Below, in pieces: positions 52,486 through 62,342 of a stretch of 64,000 bases of DNA (its first letter is position 1; the number at the start of each line of letters is the position of its first letter). A model generated the notes under the pieces. That model was not told the DNA's origin. It did no database searches and saw only the letters and a list, made by a program, of their open reading frames with translations. This stretch comes from Eubacteriales bacterium (GTDB lineage: Bacteria; Bacillota; Clostridia; Oscillospirales; CAG-382): contig JAZTXJ010000093.1 of the NCBI GenBank assembly GCA_045636285.1, positions 1,127 through 65,126 of the forward strand, in the 5' to 3' direction. A program made the translations under genes and the position numbers.

Positions 52486-54132
52486 CTATTCGAGAGTCAA
52501 AATCAAATTATAAAAATCATCGTTCACATCGATAACGTCAACCTCTGTGAGAGGACTGTGATTGTCAACGTAAGCTATAATCGCTTCTTTTATGTTTTGA
52601 GGTACGGATTTATCGGCAAAAACCGTTATTATTTCCCTTTCACGCTTTGAAAACGATTTTTTAAGCGCAGAACCAACAACGTAAGCGAGCGAATTGCCGT
52701 TTGCAAGAATCTTGCGATCGCTCATCATTGCAATAAAATCTCCGTTTTTAACGTTGTGCTCTTCAAAATCGGCGTTTTTGGTGGCGCGCGTAATGATAAT
52801 AGTATCTATATCGCTTAATGCCGAGTTGAGAGTTTTAGCAAGCTCATCAATATCGTCGATTTCAAAATCCACAAGCGGAAGCAATGCATAGCATTCGCTG
52901 TCGGTTTTTGTTTTGATAATCCGTACGTCGATTCCTTCGCAAACCGAAGATGCCTGACGAACGGTAAGAACGGTATTTTTGTCGTTTGCGAAAACAATCG
53001 CTTTTTTCGTTTTTGCGGCTTCGAAAGCATTCACAAAATCCGAAGCGGTAGGTTGATATCCGTGACTGCCGTTGATAACGACATCGGCGCCCATTTCCAA
53101 GAAAAACCTTTCCATATCCGAATTATGCGCCACGGTTATCAAAGAAAAGTTCGTAGATTCATTTTCGGAAACGGTTATGTTCGGCGAAAAGCTTTCCTTA
53201 TGCTGAACACTCATGTTTTCTATTTTTACCGTAAGAAACTCGCCGTAGGTATGGCAATGCTTCATAATCGCTTCGGGGGTATGGGAGTGTATGTGAAGCT
53301 TTACTTTATCTCCCTGCGGCGATATAACTATCGAATCGCCGAGCTCCGAAAGCTCGTTTCGAAAATCCTGCAAGGAAAACGAATCTGCTCTGAAGGTAAG
53401 CTGAATCAACAGCTCGGTGCAATATCCGTATTCAAAAACGCTGTTCTTGTTAAATCCCGAATAATCGTGTTCGGCTTTATGCTCGGGTGTTTGGTATTCA
53501 AAAACGGGAAGGCTTTCTCCTTCGAGATATCTTCTCATACCTTCAAAGACATAAATAATACCGGCACCGCCGCTATCAACGACGTTTGCGCTTTTTAAAA
53601 CCGCCAGCATATTCGGCGTATTGTTCAACGTTGCCTTCGCTTTTTTCAAAAATTCGCTTATAACCTCGTTCACCGAATCAAGACGGTAATCATCAAGCTC
53701 GGCACGAACGTGTTCAATTGCTTCACGTATAACCGTAAGAATCGTACCCTCTACGGGATTGCTTACCGATTCATAAGCGCAGGCAACACCGTTTTCGAGC
53801 GCAGAAACCAGTTCGCAGAAATCAGCCGATGCTTTTTCGTAAAACGATTCGGAAAGTCCGCGAAAGAACTGCGATACGATTACACCCGAATTTCCGCGGG
53901 CGCCGAATATAACCGCGCGCGCAAAGGTTTTAGCCATTTCGCCAAGCGGAATATCGGAACCTTCTATTGCCGCAAATCCGTTTTGGAGCGTGAGCAGCAT
54001 ATTCGTGCCCGTATCTCCGTCCGGTACGGGAAAAACGTTCAACGCATTAACTTTATCTTTATATACAGCAAGACTGCGTATTCCGTAATCAAGAAGATTG
54101 TAGAAATGCAATCCATTGATGTTATATATCAT
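52486..54132 (-). CDS. yloV: DAK2-domain fusion protein YloV (fatty acid kinase FakA-type)
   Basis: 'NVFPVPDGDTGTNMLLT' (Dak2 phosphate-binding motif). 548 aa. It lies directly downstream of a DegV gene. Confidence 0.85.
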   Translation of the reverse strand: MIYNINGLHFYNLLDYGIRSLAVYKDKVNALNVFPVPDGDTGTNMLLTLQNGFAAIEGSDIPLGEMAKTFARAVIFGARGNSGVIVSQFFRGLSESFYEKASADFCELVSALENGVACAYESVSNPVEGTILTVIREAIEHVRAELDDYRLDSVNEVISEFLKKAKATLNNTPNMLAVLKSANVVDSGGAGIIYVFEGMRRYLEGESLPVFEYQTPEHKAEHDYSGFNKNSVFEYGYCTELLIQLTFRADSFSLQDFRNELSELGDSIVISPQGDKVKLHIHSHTPEAIMKHCHTYGEFLTVKIENMSVQHKESFSPNITVSENESTNFSLITVAHNSDMERFFLEMGADVVINGSHGYQPTASDFVNAFEAAKTKKAIVFANDKNTVLTVRQASSVCEGIDVRIIKTKTDSECYALLPLVDFEIDDIDELAKTLNSALSDIDTIIITRATKNADFEEHNVKNGDFIAMMSDRKILANGNSLAYVVGSALKKSFSKREREIITVFADKSVPQNIKEAIIAYVDNHSPLTEVDVIDVNDDFYNLILTLE

Positions 54133-54166
54133 TTATTGCGATTGCTCCTTGTTTTTTTAGGGGCTT

Positions 54167-55099
54167 TTATTTTCCGAGTACTCTGTTCATTGCTTCTTTT
54201 TCGCAAGAAAGGTCTTCCGAAACGCTTTCGCCGAGATAGTATACGCCTACCATACCCGGTCCGATATTGGCACCGCAACCCGAAAATACCTCGGAAAGAT
54301 ATATCTTTTTGGGTGCAAGCTCCGTTGCAACCTTTTCTTTAAGCGCATTTGCATAGGCTTCTCTGTCGGAATGAACGATCAATACGTAATTGTTTTCGAT
54401 ATCCTTAGCCGTTTCTTTTACATATTTAACGGTTGTATCGAGCGCATTGCCGATTCCCTTGACCTTTGCGATAACGGTGGTATAGCCTTCTGCGTTGCAA
54501 TCGCCCATAGGCTTTACACCCGCAAAGCTGCCCATTATGGCTTTACCCATAGAAATTCTTCCGCGTCGCGCGATAAAGAACAAATCGTCTATCGGGCCCA
54601 TTTGATGAACTCTGCTCTTGTTTTGTTCGAGCCATTCAACAATTTCTTCGAAGGACGCTCCGTCCTGCTTCATAATATGCGCATATATTGTCAAAAGACC
54701 TATTCCGCCCGACATACGCATCGAATCAACACAGTGAATCTTAATTTCGGGATAAGCAGTCGCAATACGGTTTGCGGCTTTTGATGCAAATACAAAGGTC
54801 GAGCTGATTTTCGAAGAAAGCGAAATGCTTATTATCGATTCGCCTTGCTTTGCAAATTCTTCGAAATATGCATAATACTCTTCCTCGTTAAGAGGAGAAG
54901 TAGAAATATTGTTTTTCTTATCCGAAAGAGCACTGTAAAAATCAGTACGGGAGATATGTTGCCAATCGAGTGTTCCGCTTATATCCCTGCCGTCGCCGAG
55001 ATGTATATGACCGAGAGCATAGCTTTGCATACCGATATCTGCGCGAACAGCTTCGGAAAGGTCGCAAGTAAAGTCTGCAAGAATCACAAATTTTTCCAT
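54167..55099 (-). CDS. DegV-family fatty-acid-binding protein (FakB-type)
   Basis: 310 aa; N-terminal 'FVILADFTCDLS' and 'ISTSPLNEEEY' fit DegV. GGAGA RBS. Confidence 0.72.
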   Translation of the reverse strand: MEKFVILADFTCDLSEAVRADIGMQSYALGHIHLGDGRDISGTLDWQHISRTDFYSALSDKKNNISTSPLNEEEYYAYFEEFAKQGESIISISLSSKISSTFVFASKAANRIATAYPEIKIHCVDSMRMSGGIGLLTIYAHIMKQDGASFEEIVEWLEQNKSRVHQMGPIDDLFFIARRGRISMGKAIMGSFAGVKPMGDCNAEGYTTVIAKVKGIGNALDTTVKYVKETAKDIENNYVLIVHSDREAYANALKEKVATELAPKKIYLSEVFSGCGANIGPGMVGVYYLGESVSEDLSCEKEAMNRVLGK

Positions 55100-55147
55100 A
55101 AGAGCTTCTCCAAACGAATATATTTAAAGAATGTCAAATTCCGTTTC

Positions 55148-55176
55148 ATTATAGCACACAACAATACATTAATCAA
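55148..55176 (-). promoter_or_regulatory. Consensus sigma-70 promoter for the degV-yloV-...-hydrolase string
   Basis: On the minus strand: TTGATT, 17 nt, TATAAT. Confidence 0.65.
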
Positions 55177-55235
55177 CAATTTTTCGTCTTTTTTCTATCC
55201 TTTTATTGCTATTTGTTAATATTTTGGCAACAAAT

Positions 55236-55272
55236 AGAAAAACACCCGCAGTAGTTTATTGCTACCGCGGGC
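55236..55272 (-). terminator. Intrinsic terminator after the EEP gene
   Basis: On the minus strand: CCCGCGGTAG...CTACTGCGGG followed by a T-run. Confidence 0.7.
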
Positions 55273-55288
55273 GCATACCTCTATGTAG

Positions 55289-56110
55289 TTATTTTGCAAT
55301 ATATTCGAATTCGGCATAGAGAAGCACGTGATCGGAATGATTCTTCTGGAAAATACCGTGACCGCCTTCAACCAACGTAAATTCCGAAGAGAAACAGATA
55401 TTATCGATCTTTCTATCTCCTTCGGGATGAGTAATATACGCCGTTTCGGGTGTATTGATATAAGAAAGAGGCTTCAAAATTTCGAATTCTTCATAACCGT
55501 CAACGTTGAAATCTCCGACAAGGATGCAGTTTTCAACATTCTTTACGTTATCGGAAACTATTTTGAATTCATCCGCGCGAATAGAATCGCTCGCTATTGT
55601 AAGGTGAGTGTTGAAGAAATTGATTTCCGTACCTTCAACGTCTATTTTCGCATAAGTCAAAAGACGGCGTTCAACGCTCGATCCGTCGTTGAGCTCAATT
55701 TCCTTTGTTTCGAGTATCGGGTATTTGGAAAGTATTGCAGTGCCGTATTCTCCGCCGTCGTAATTGATACATCTGAAGAAAGCATAATACTGCATGCCGG
55801 TATATTCCTGCAAGCGCGCCATCGTATCGGATTTTTTGGAGCGGTTGCAAAATTGGTCAACCTCCTGTATGCCGACAATATCCAATCCGTTTTCGATAAT
55901 ATCGTCTGCAATAAGCTTAAAATCCCAATTGATTTCTCTGCCGTTAGCAATGTTATAAGAGCCGATTTTTAATTTTTTCGTCGTCACTGTGCTTATCTCG
56001 CTTTCTTGACTGATTGTCGATGATTCGTCCTTGTCCTCTGCACAACCGCTTATCAAAAGCGCACTCGAGAACAAAACAAAAACAAGAAACAAGGAAATGA
56101 TTTTTTTCAT
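55289..56110 (-). CDS. Endonuclease/exonuclease/phosphatase (EEP) family lipoprotein
   Basis: Lipobox 'LISGC'. 'IGSYNIANG', 'VGIQEVD', 'GDFNV', 'HSDHVLLYAEF'. Confidence 0.85.
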   Translation of the reverse strand: MKKIISLFLVFVLFSSALLISGCAEDKDESSTISQESEISTVTTKKLKIGSYNIANGREINWDFKLIADDIIENGLDIVGIQEVDQFCNRSKKSDTMARLQEYTGMQYYAFFRCINYDGGEYGTAILSKYPILETKEIELNDGSSVERRLLTYAKIDVEGTEINFFNTHLTIASDSIRADEFKIVSDNVKNVENCILVGDFNVDGYEEFEILKPLSYINTPETAYITHPEGDRKIDNICFSSEFTLVEGGHGIFQKNHSDHVLLYAEFEYIAK

Positions 56111-56188
56111 AATTCACCTCGTATTGTCTTTTTGAGCATTATACTACTTTGCAGACCGTTTGGCAAGCGTTATTCTGTATTTTGGAAA

Positions 56189-57364
56189 TTAAAATTTAAA
56201 GCGCTTGGCAACCTTCGACGCTATTCTGTATATCGGACCTTCCAATTCCTTTTGTGCTTCTTTAAGCTGTTTTCTTATCTCGATATGCTGCGGGCAATGC
56301 GCTTCGCATTTTCCGCAACCCACACAGTTCGAAGCGGCAGTAGAATTACTTCGCAATGCCGTACACATAAAATATTCCACGTACGCCCAGAATCGTCCTT
56401 CGGAATATCTGCGGTTATAAGCCGCAAACGTTCCGGGAATATCGACCTTCTTCGGACAAGGCATACAGTATCCGCAACCGGTGCAGCCGACCTTCATTTT
56501 AGCGTTGATAGCCGCCAAAACCGCCTTCAGCATCTCTTCGTCCTTTCCCGTCATACTTCCGACCTCGGTATCGGACGCGGTGCTAATATTATCGAGAAGC
56601 ATTTCTTGCGAATTCATACCCGATAAAACCACCGTCACCTCGGGCTGATTCCAAAGCCAGCGGAACGCCCACTGTGCAGGGGTGTGTTTGGGCTCATAAT
56701 TTTCGAAAATACGTTTTGCTTCATCGGGCAAGCGTGTGACAAGCTTACCGCCGCGAAGCGGTTCCATTATTACAACGGGCAAGCCCTTTGAATTCGCATA
56801 GTGCAGACCGCGCCTGCCCGCTTGCGAATGCTCGTCCATATAGTTATACTGAATCTGACAAAAATCCCATTCAAACGCATCGATCAGACTGCAAAACATA
56901 TCCGTGTTTCCGTGATAAGAAAAGCCTATCTGCCGTATTTCTCCCGATGCCTTCTTTTCGTTAATCCATTCAAGAATACCGAGCTTTACAAGACGGTTCC
57001 ACGTATCGACGTCACTCAGCATATGCATAAGATAATAATCGATATGGTCGGTACGCAAACGAGTAAGCTGTTCCTTGAACTTCTTTTCAAGCTCTTCCCT
57101 GCTTTTGATAAGATAATGCGGAAGCTTTGTAGCTATATATACCTTGTCGCGCAGTGAATTCTTTTCGAGTATTTCGCCCAAAACGGCTTCGCTCGAACCG
57201 TATACGTAAGCGGTATCGAAATAATTAATACCGTTTTCGACAGCGGTAATAATTTCACGTTCGGTTTCTTTAAAATCAATACCCGTTCCCTTTCGCGGAA
57301 AACGCATACAGCCAAATCCGAGTACAGACAATAAGTTGCCGTATTTATCCTTGCGGTAGTTCAT
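56189..57364 (-). CDS. Aldo/keto reductase with a C-terminal 4Fe-4S ferredoxin-type domain
   Basis: 'LGFGCMRFP', 'FDTAYVYG', 'DYYLMH'. C-terminal 'CTGCGYCMPCP' and 'CVGCGKCEAHCP'. Confidence 0.88.
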   Translation of the reverse strand: MNYRKDKYGNLLSVLGFGCMRFPRKGTGIDFKETEREIITAVENGINYFDTAYVYGSSEAVLGEILEKNSLRDKVYIATKLPHYLIKSREELEKKFKEQLTRLRTDHIDYYLMHMLSDVDTWNRLVKLGILEWINEKKASGEIRQIGFSYHGNTDMFCSLIDAFEWDFCQIQYNYMDEHSQAGRRGLHYANSKGLPVVIMEPLRGGKLVTRLPDEAKRIFENYEPKHTPAQWAFRWLWNQPEVTVVLSGMNSQEMLLDNISTASDTEVGSMTGKDEEMLKAVLAAINAKMKVGCTGCGYCMPCPKKVDIPGTFAAYNRRYSEGRFWAYVEYFMCTALRSNSTAASNCVGCGKCEAHCPQHIEIRKQLKEAQKELEGPIYRIASKVAKRFKF

Positions 57365-57449
57365 TTAATCATCTCCGAAAATTTATATAAAAAGTATAAC
57401 ACAACAAGCAATAAAAAACAAGCAAAATCACTTTGTTTTTATATGTCGA

Positions 57450-57493
57450 CATAAAACAAAATCCCTCGGCGCTGTTTTTTCAGTACCGAGGGC
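57450..57493 (-). terminator. Probable intrinsic terminator
   Basis: On the minus strand: CCCTCGG...CCGAGGG (large loop) followed by ATTTTGTTTT. Confidence 0.5.
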
Positions 57494-57534
57494 GACTTGT
57501 TATTTAGTTTTGTTAATTATATACGCAACAGCTT

Positions 57535-58659
57535 TTACAGCGTTTCGATAATAAGCATAAAACCGGTAAGGACTATCAAAAACGAGAAATTAAATACCGA
57601 AAATGTTTTTACATATTTTCCCGTCATTCCGGGGTTATGCCTTGTATATTCGCGGAAGGTGATAAGGCTGGCGAGCGAGGAAATCAAGGTGCCGACACCG
57701 CCGATATTTACGCCGACAAGCAATTCGCTGTAATTATCGGTAAACTGCGAAAGTAAAATTGCCGAGGGTACGTTGCTTATAAATTGACAAGATACAACGC
57801 TGAAAAGCAGTGTGCTTTTTTCGAGCAAAGCTGAAAAGAAGGTTTGAATTACCTCTATGCGTGCCATATTGCCCGAAAATACAAAAAAGAATACAAATGT
57901 CAGAAGCAACGGATAATCGACCGAAGCAAGTGCTTTTTTATCGGTGAAAAGCAATACCGCAGGAATTACGATCAAGCCTATCCAATAAGGAATTCCTCTG
58001 AAAACTATTGCGATCGATAACGCAAAAAGCGCAAGATAAAGAATCGTTTTAGCCTTCGGAAGCTTGGTTTTCGAATCCTCGATCTGAAGCGGTTCGGGCT
58101 TAACGAAAATAAGACAGCAAAGCGTAATGATGGCAACCGACAAAACGAAAGGCACCAACATAATGCTCATAAATTCGCCGTTAGGAATTTGGAACTTTGT
58201 ATACAGATAAAGATTTTGCGGGTTCCCAAACGGTGTGAGCATGCCGCCGAGGTTCGCGGCGATATTTTGCATTACAAACGTAAACGCCATATACTTTTCT
58301 TTTCCCGTTGATGTTAAAACGAGATATCCAAGCGGCAAAAAGGTGAGCAGTGCCATATCGTTTGCGATAAGCATCGAGCCGATAAACGTGATATATACAA
58401 GTGCCAGAACGCACATTCTTATGTTCCCGAACAATATTACGATCTTTTCCGCCAAAGTATAGAAAAAGCGAATATTTTTTAAGGCGCAAACAACAGCCAA
58501 AACGCAAAACAGACAAGTAAGGGTTTTGAAATCAAAATAACCCAAATATTCTGCATCGGGCGGTACGATAAAAGACGTTATCACAGCCGCAATAAATGCA
58601 ATAATCATAACGGTATTCTTTTTTGCAAAATTATTTAACCGTATAAGCATCCTTAACAC
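57535..58659 (-). CDS. ArsB/NhaD-superfamily (CitMHS/SLC13-like) anion permease
   Basis: 374 aa with about 10 TM helices. 'GGMLTPFGNPQNL' and 'GGVGTLISSLASL' are hairpin-loop motifs typical of this superfamily. Confidence 0.65.
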   Translation of the reverse strand: MLRMLIRLNNFAKKNTVMIIAFIAAVITSFIVPPDAEYLGYFDFKTLTCLFCVLAVVCALKNIRFFYTLAEKIVILFGNIRMCVLALVYITFIGSMLIANDMALLTFLPLGYLVLTSTGKEKYMAFTFVMQNIAANLGGMLTPFGNPQNLYLYTKFQIPNGEFMSIMLVPFVLSVAIITLCCLIFVKPEPLQIEDSKTKLPKAKTILYLALFALSIAIVFRGIPYWIGLIVIPAVLLFTDKKALASVDYPLLLTFVFFFVFSGNMARIEVIQTFFSALLEKSTLLFSVVSCQFISNVPSAILLSQFTDNYSELLVGVNIGGVGTLISSLASLITFREYTRHNPGMTGKYVKTFSVFNFSFLIVLTGFMLIIETL

Positions 58660-58709
58660 CTCGCTTTCAGATTTTCCGAACCTGTGAAATTATATCATTT
58701 ATAAAATAC

Positions 58710-58738
58710 TTGTCAAGATAAATTTTTAATGGTAAAAT
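58710..58738 (+). promoter_or_regulatory. Sigma-70 type promoter for the sigma/anti-sigma pair
   Basis: TTGTCA (58710-58715), 17 nt, TAAAAT (58733-58738). Confidence 0.55.
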
Positions 58739-58810
58739 AAAAAAAGAGTGAGTGTTTTTTGTATTATATGCGTATAAACGTATGAAACCGAGTTAACGAG
58801 GTTCATAGCC

Positions 58811-59356
58811 ATGAACAACGATCAAGGTGCAGTTTTATATAGACGGTTTCTCGAAGGCGACGAAATCGCTTTCGAAGAGATACTTAATACCTATCGCGAA
58901 GGTCTTATGTTCTTTATAAACCGCTATGTACACAATTTAGACGTTGCCGAGGATATTGCGGCTGACGTATTTGCTTACCTTATCTTCAAGCCGAAGAAAT
59001 ACAATTTCAAAGTCAGCCTTAAAACCTATCTGTATATGATAGGTCGGTCTCGTGCGCTCGATTGGTTGAGAAGAGAATCAAAAAGACGTCATTTGCCGAT
59101 AGAATCGCTTTATAACGAGCCTTCCGACGTTTCTGCCGCTTTAGAGGAATCGGTGATAGCCGAAGAAGAAAAACGTCGCTTGTATGCGGCAATGGAACGG
59201 CTTCCCGAAGACTATAAAACCGCGATCTTCCTGATATATTTCGAAGGTCTTTCTTATGAAGAAGCCGCAACTGTTATGAAGAAGGATAAAAAGCAGATCG
59301 AAAACATAATCTACAGAGCAAAAAAGTCTTTACGTAAATTTTTAGAGGAGAGCTGA
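58811..59356 (+). CDS. ECF-type (sigma-70 family group 4) RNA polymerase sigma factor
   Basis: Region 2 'DVAEDIAADVFAYL' and region 4 'IYFEGLSYEEAATVMKKDKKQIENIIYRAKKSL'. Confidence 0.9.
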   Translation: MNNDQGAVLYRRFLEGDEIAFEEILNTYREGLMFFINRYVHNLDVAEDIAADVFAYLIFKPKKYNFKVSLKTYLYMIGRSRALDWLRRESKRRHLPIESLYNEPSDVSAALEESVIAEEEKRRLYAAMERLPEDYKTAIFLIYFEGLSYEEAATVMKKDKKQIENIIYRAKKSLRKFLEES

Positions 59357-59357
59357 T

Positions 59358-59948
59358 ATGAGAACAAACGAAGAATTCAAGCAGCTCGTTAACGATAAAT
59401 ACAAAAAACTGAAAGCAGAAAAAAAGCGCAGAACAAACAGAATAGTAACTCTTGGTTCGAGCCTTCTTCTCTGTTTGATTGTAAGCACGGTATTTATCGG
59501 AAACGGTATGTTCAAGAACGTTTTTTCGGAAGAAGGGCTTGACTCCCCTACCGAAGATTTCGAACCCAGCTCTGCCGTTTCGTCTTGGTATGGGGACGCC
59601 GTTCAAAGCGCAGAAGAAAGCCTTTATTCCGAAGAAGCAGAAATCAACTCCTCTGTCCATGAAGATTTCGAAAGCGCCGATCAAAACGCAAGTTATGTTC
59701 CCGATAAACTCCCCCAACCAACAGTAAGCGGAACGTCAGATGAGATTTTCGAAGAAGAACCGCTATTCCCTGAATTGGATTTCGAAGAATCCTGTAATGA
59801 AGATACCGATATGAATTCTTCCTTCAACTCGAGTTTTATTCAAGAGGAAATTTCCGAAAACGATAGTTCACCCGAAGAATCAACACCTAACGACGAGCAC
59901 ACGACACTCCGCTTTTCGTTTTTGGTCATAACGCGCGAAGCAAAATGA
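59358..59948 (+). CDS. Putative anti-sigma factor (single-pass, acidic extracytoplasmic tail)
   Basis: Starts 2 nt after the sigma gene stop. Basic N-terminus, TM 'IVTLGSSLLLCLIVSTVFI', then a D/E/S-rich region. Confidence 0.6.
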   Translation: MRTNEEFKQLVNDKYKKLKAEKKRRTNRIVTLGSSLLLCLIVSTVFIGNGMFKNVFSEEGLDSPTEDFEPSSAVSSWYGDAVQSAEESLYSEEAEINSSVHEDFESADQNASYVPDKLPQPTVSGTSDEIFEEEPLFPELDFEESCNEDTDMNSSFNSSFIQEEISENDSSPEESTPNDEHTTLRFSFLVITREAK

Positions 59949-60015
59949 TTTTCAAAAAGGCCTCTGTAAAAATTCTATGCACCGCGCACAAAAAGTGCTT
60001 TAACACAATAAGCAT

Positions 60016-60057
60016 AAAAAATCCGCGATATACACTCGTATAATCGCGGATTTTTCT
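60016..60057. terminator. Bidirectional intrinsic terminator
   Basis: AAAAATCCGCGAT...ATCGCGGATTTTT. Confidence 0.85.
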
Positions 60058-60082
60058 TTGTCTTGAAACAAAATATTCGGTT

Positions 60083-61327
60083 TTATTCTTCACCGAGCAT
60101 TTCGGCGATTGCGGTAAGTATACCGAGCTTGCCGCTTTCGTAAGTAAGTCCGCCCTGCATATAAACAATATAGGGCTCACGAAGCGGTGCGTCGGCAGAA
60201 AGCTCGATCGAGCTTCCCTGAGTAAAGGCTCCCGCCGCCATTACGACAGAATCGTTATACCCCGGCATTTCCCAGCCTTCTGGAGTTACGAAGCTATCGA
60301 CGGGCGAGCCCTTTTGAATACCGCGACAGAATTTCAGAACGTTTTCCGCATTATGCAAGCGGATAGTCTGAATAATATCACTTCTGCGCTCTTTCGAGGA
60401 AGGACTGCATTCAAAGCCCTGACGTTCAAACATCGCCGCAGCAAAATGCGCGGTTTTAATCGCCTGTGCCGTTATATGAGGCGCGAAGAAAAGACCTTTT
60501 ATCATCGGCTTTGTCGCACCCATAGATGCTCCCGCTTCAAGCCCTATTCCCGGTACGGTAAGGCGATAGGAAGCAAGCTCGACAGCGCGCTGTGTGCCGA
60601 CAATATATCCGCCCGTTTCGGCAATACCGCCGCCAGCATTCTTTATAAGCGAGCCGACAAGAAGATCGCCCTTGGGTTCTTCGGTTTCGGTAAATTCGCC
60701 GTAGCAGTTGTCGACAACGAGATACACGCCTTCGTATTCGCGTACGAGCGCGAAAAGCTCATTGATTTCGGCAACGGTAAGAGTACGTCTGTCGGCATAG
60801 CCCTTGGAACGCTGAACAAAAACAACCTTTATGCTCTTATCGGTATAAAGTACTTTTCGAACGGCTTCAAGGTTTAAATATTTACCCTCGATAAGCGGAA
60901 TTTCGCGGTAATTCACACCGTATTCCATCAGCGAGCCTTCGCCGTTTTTATCGCTTCCGCCCAATCCGATAACGTTATCAAGCGTATCGTACGGCTTGCC
61001 GCTTACGGAAAGCATCGTGTCGTTCGGTCTTAAAAGCCCGTACAGCGCGATAGCAAGTGCATGCGTGCCCGAAATTATCTGTGAGCGAGCAAATCCCGCT
61101 TCCGCGCCGAAGGCTTCGGCAAACATTTTATCGCAAAGGTCGCGGCCGTCATCGTTGTATCCGTACCCGCAGGTAGAATTAAAATGTCGGTCGGAAAGAC
61201 GGTTTTCGCGGAATACGGACATTACTTTTTCGGTGTTCTTAAATGCAACCGCATCGATTTCCGCAAAAACAGAAGACAAATCCCTTTCGCATTCCTCTGC
61301 AAGCTTTAAAAGTTTTTCGCTAAACAT
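60083..61327 (-). CDS. Methionine gamma-lyase-family PLP protein (YnbB / 'aluminium resistance' family)
   Basis: 'HFNSTCGYGYNDDGRD', 'ISGTHALA', 'QRSKGY' (PLP Lys region). 414 aa. Confidence 0.8.
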   Translation of the reverse strand: MFSEKLLKLAEECERDLSSVFAEIDAVAFKNTEKVMSVFRENRLSDRHFNSTCGYGYNDDGRDLCDKMFAEAFGAEAGFARSQIISGTHALAIALYGLLRPNDTMLSVSGKPYDTLDNVIGLGGSDKNGEGSLMEYGVNYREIPLIEGKYLNLEAVRKVLYTDKSIKVVFVQRSKGYADRRTLTVAEINELFALVREYEGVYLVVDNCYGEFTETEEPKGDLLVGSLIKNAGGGIAETGGYIVGTQRAVELASYRLTVPGIGLEAGASMGATKPMIKGLFFAPHITAQAIKTAHFAAAMFERQGFECSPSSKERRSDIIQTIRLHNAENVLKFCRGIQKGSPVDSFVTPEGWEMPGYNDSVVMAAGAFTQGSSIELSADAPLREPYIVYMQGGLTYESGKLGILTAIAEMLGEE

Positions 61328-61346
61328 ATTTATACTTCCGAGTATC

Positions 61347-62342
61347 TTATTCTGCGCCGTTCTCTATAAATGCAACGAGAAGGTCGGTGCAAGCCTTGAG
61401 GTCGTCAACGTCGATCGTTTCAACGGGGCTGTGAACGTAGCGGGTCGGCAAGGAAATACAGCCTGCATAAGAGCCTGCGCCTGCAAGCTGCATAGCGGAA
61501 GTATCGGTACCGCCTGCAAGAAGAACCTCGTACTGATATTTGATCTTCTTTTCTTCTGCGAGGTCGGTAAGACGGTCAACGATCTTTCCGGAGCAGATAA
61601 CCGAGCTGTCCTTGATCTTTATAGCCGCACCGTTTCCGAGCTTTGCGGTGAGGTGGTTGGGATTACCGCAAGCGGGTGCGGGGGTTACGTCAAGCGCGAT
61701 AGAATAATCGGGCATGATCGAGAACGACGAGGGCTTTGCACCGCGACAGCCGACTTCTTCCTGAGTAGTGAAGACAAAATAGGTGTCGTATGCGGGAGTA
61801 CCGCAATTAAGTGCGGCATAAGCGGAAATAGCACAGCAAACACGGTCGTCAAATGCTTTCGAAGCATATCTCTTCGAGGAAAGCTTTTTGAACATCGGAG
61901 AAAGCGCGCAAACGTCACCGATATTAACCTTGCGCTTCGCCTTTGCGGCAGAATCCGCGCCGATATCAACAAACAGCTTGCTTGCGGTAAGATCGGCTGC
62001 GCGTGTTCCGTCTTCAACAACAAGAATACCCGAGGTACCGTTGCGGAACTTTACGTTGTGATAGCAAGAAGCCATTGCGTTGATACCGCCGATAGGTGCT
62101 ACGCGAATCATACCGTTTTCTTCAACGTTTACGACCATAAAGCCGATTTCGTCCATGTGGGAAGCAACCATAAGCTTTTTAGAGGAATCTCTACCCTTTT
62201 TAAGTGCAATTACGTTGCCCATAGCGTCGATAGAAATTTCATCGCAAGCATTCGAAAGATCATTCTTTATGATTTCTGCAAGCTCTGTTTCAAAGCCCGA
62301 AACAGAGAAAGCGTTTTGATATTTTTTAACAAGGTTAAGCAT
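61347..62342 (-). CDS. M42-family (TET/FrvX-type) aminopeptidase, copy 1
   Basis: 'SHMDEIGFMV', 'SKAFDDRVC', 'TTQEEVGCRGA', 'YVHSPVE'. Confidence 0.88.
   Translation of the reverse strand: MLNLVKKYQNAFSVSGFETELAEIIKNDLSNACDEISIDAMGNVIALKKGRDSSKKLMVASHMDEIGFMVVNVEENGMIRVAPIGGINAMASCYHNVKFRNGTSGILVVEDGTRAADLTASKLFVDIGADSAAKAKRKVNIGDVCALSPMFKKLSSKRYASKAFDDRVCCAISAYAALNCGTPAYDTYFVFTTQEEVGCRGAKPSSFSIMPDYSIALDVTPAPACGNPNHLTAKLGNGAAIKIKDSSVICSGKIVDRLTDLAEEKKIKYQYEVLLAGGTDTSAMQLAGAGSYAGCISLPTRYVHSPVETIDVDDLKACTDLLVAFIENGAE

Noticed and set aside
55209-55237. A 9-bp inverted repeat, CTATTTGTT-N11-AACAAATAG, upstream of the degV promoter, considered as a possible fatty-acid regulator operator.
   Set aside because: It abuts the T-run of the EEP gene terminator, it does not match any operator consensus I can recall with confidence, and I cannot support it without comparative data.
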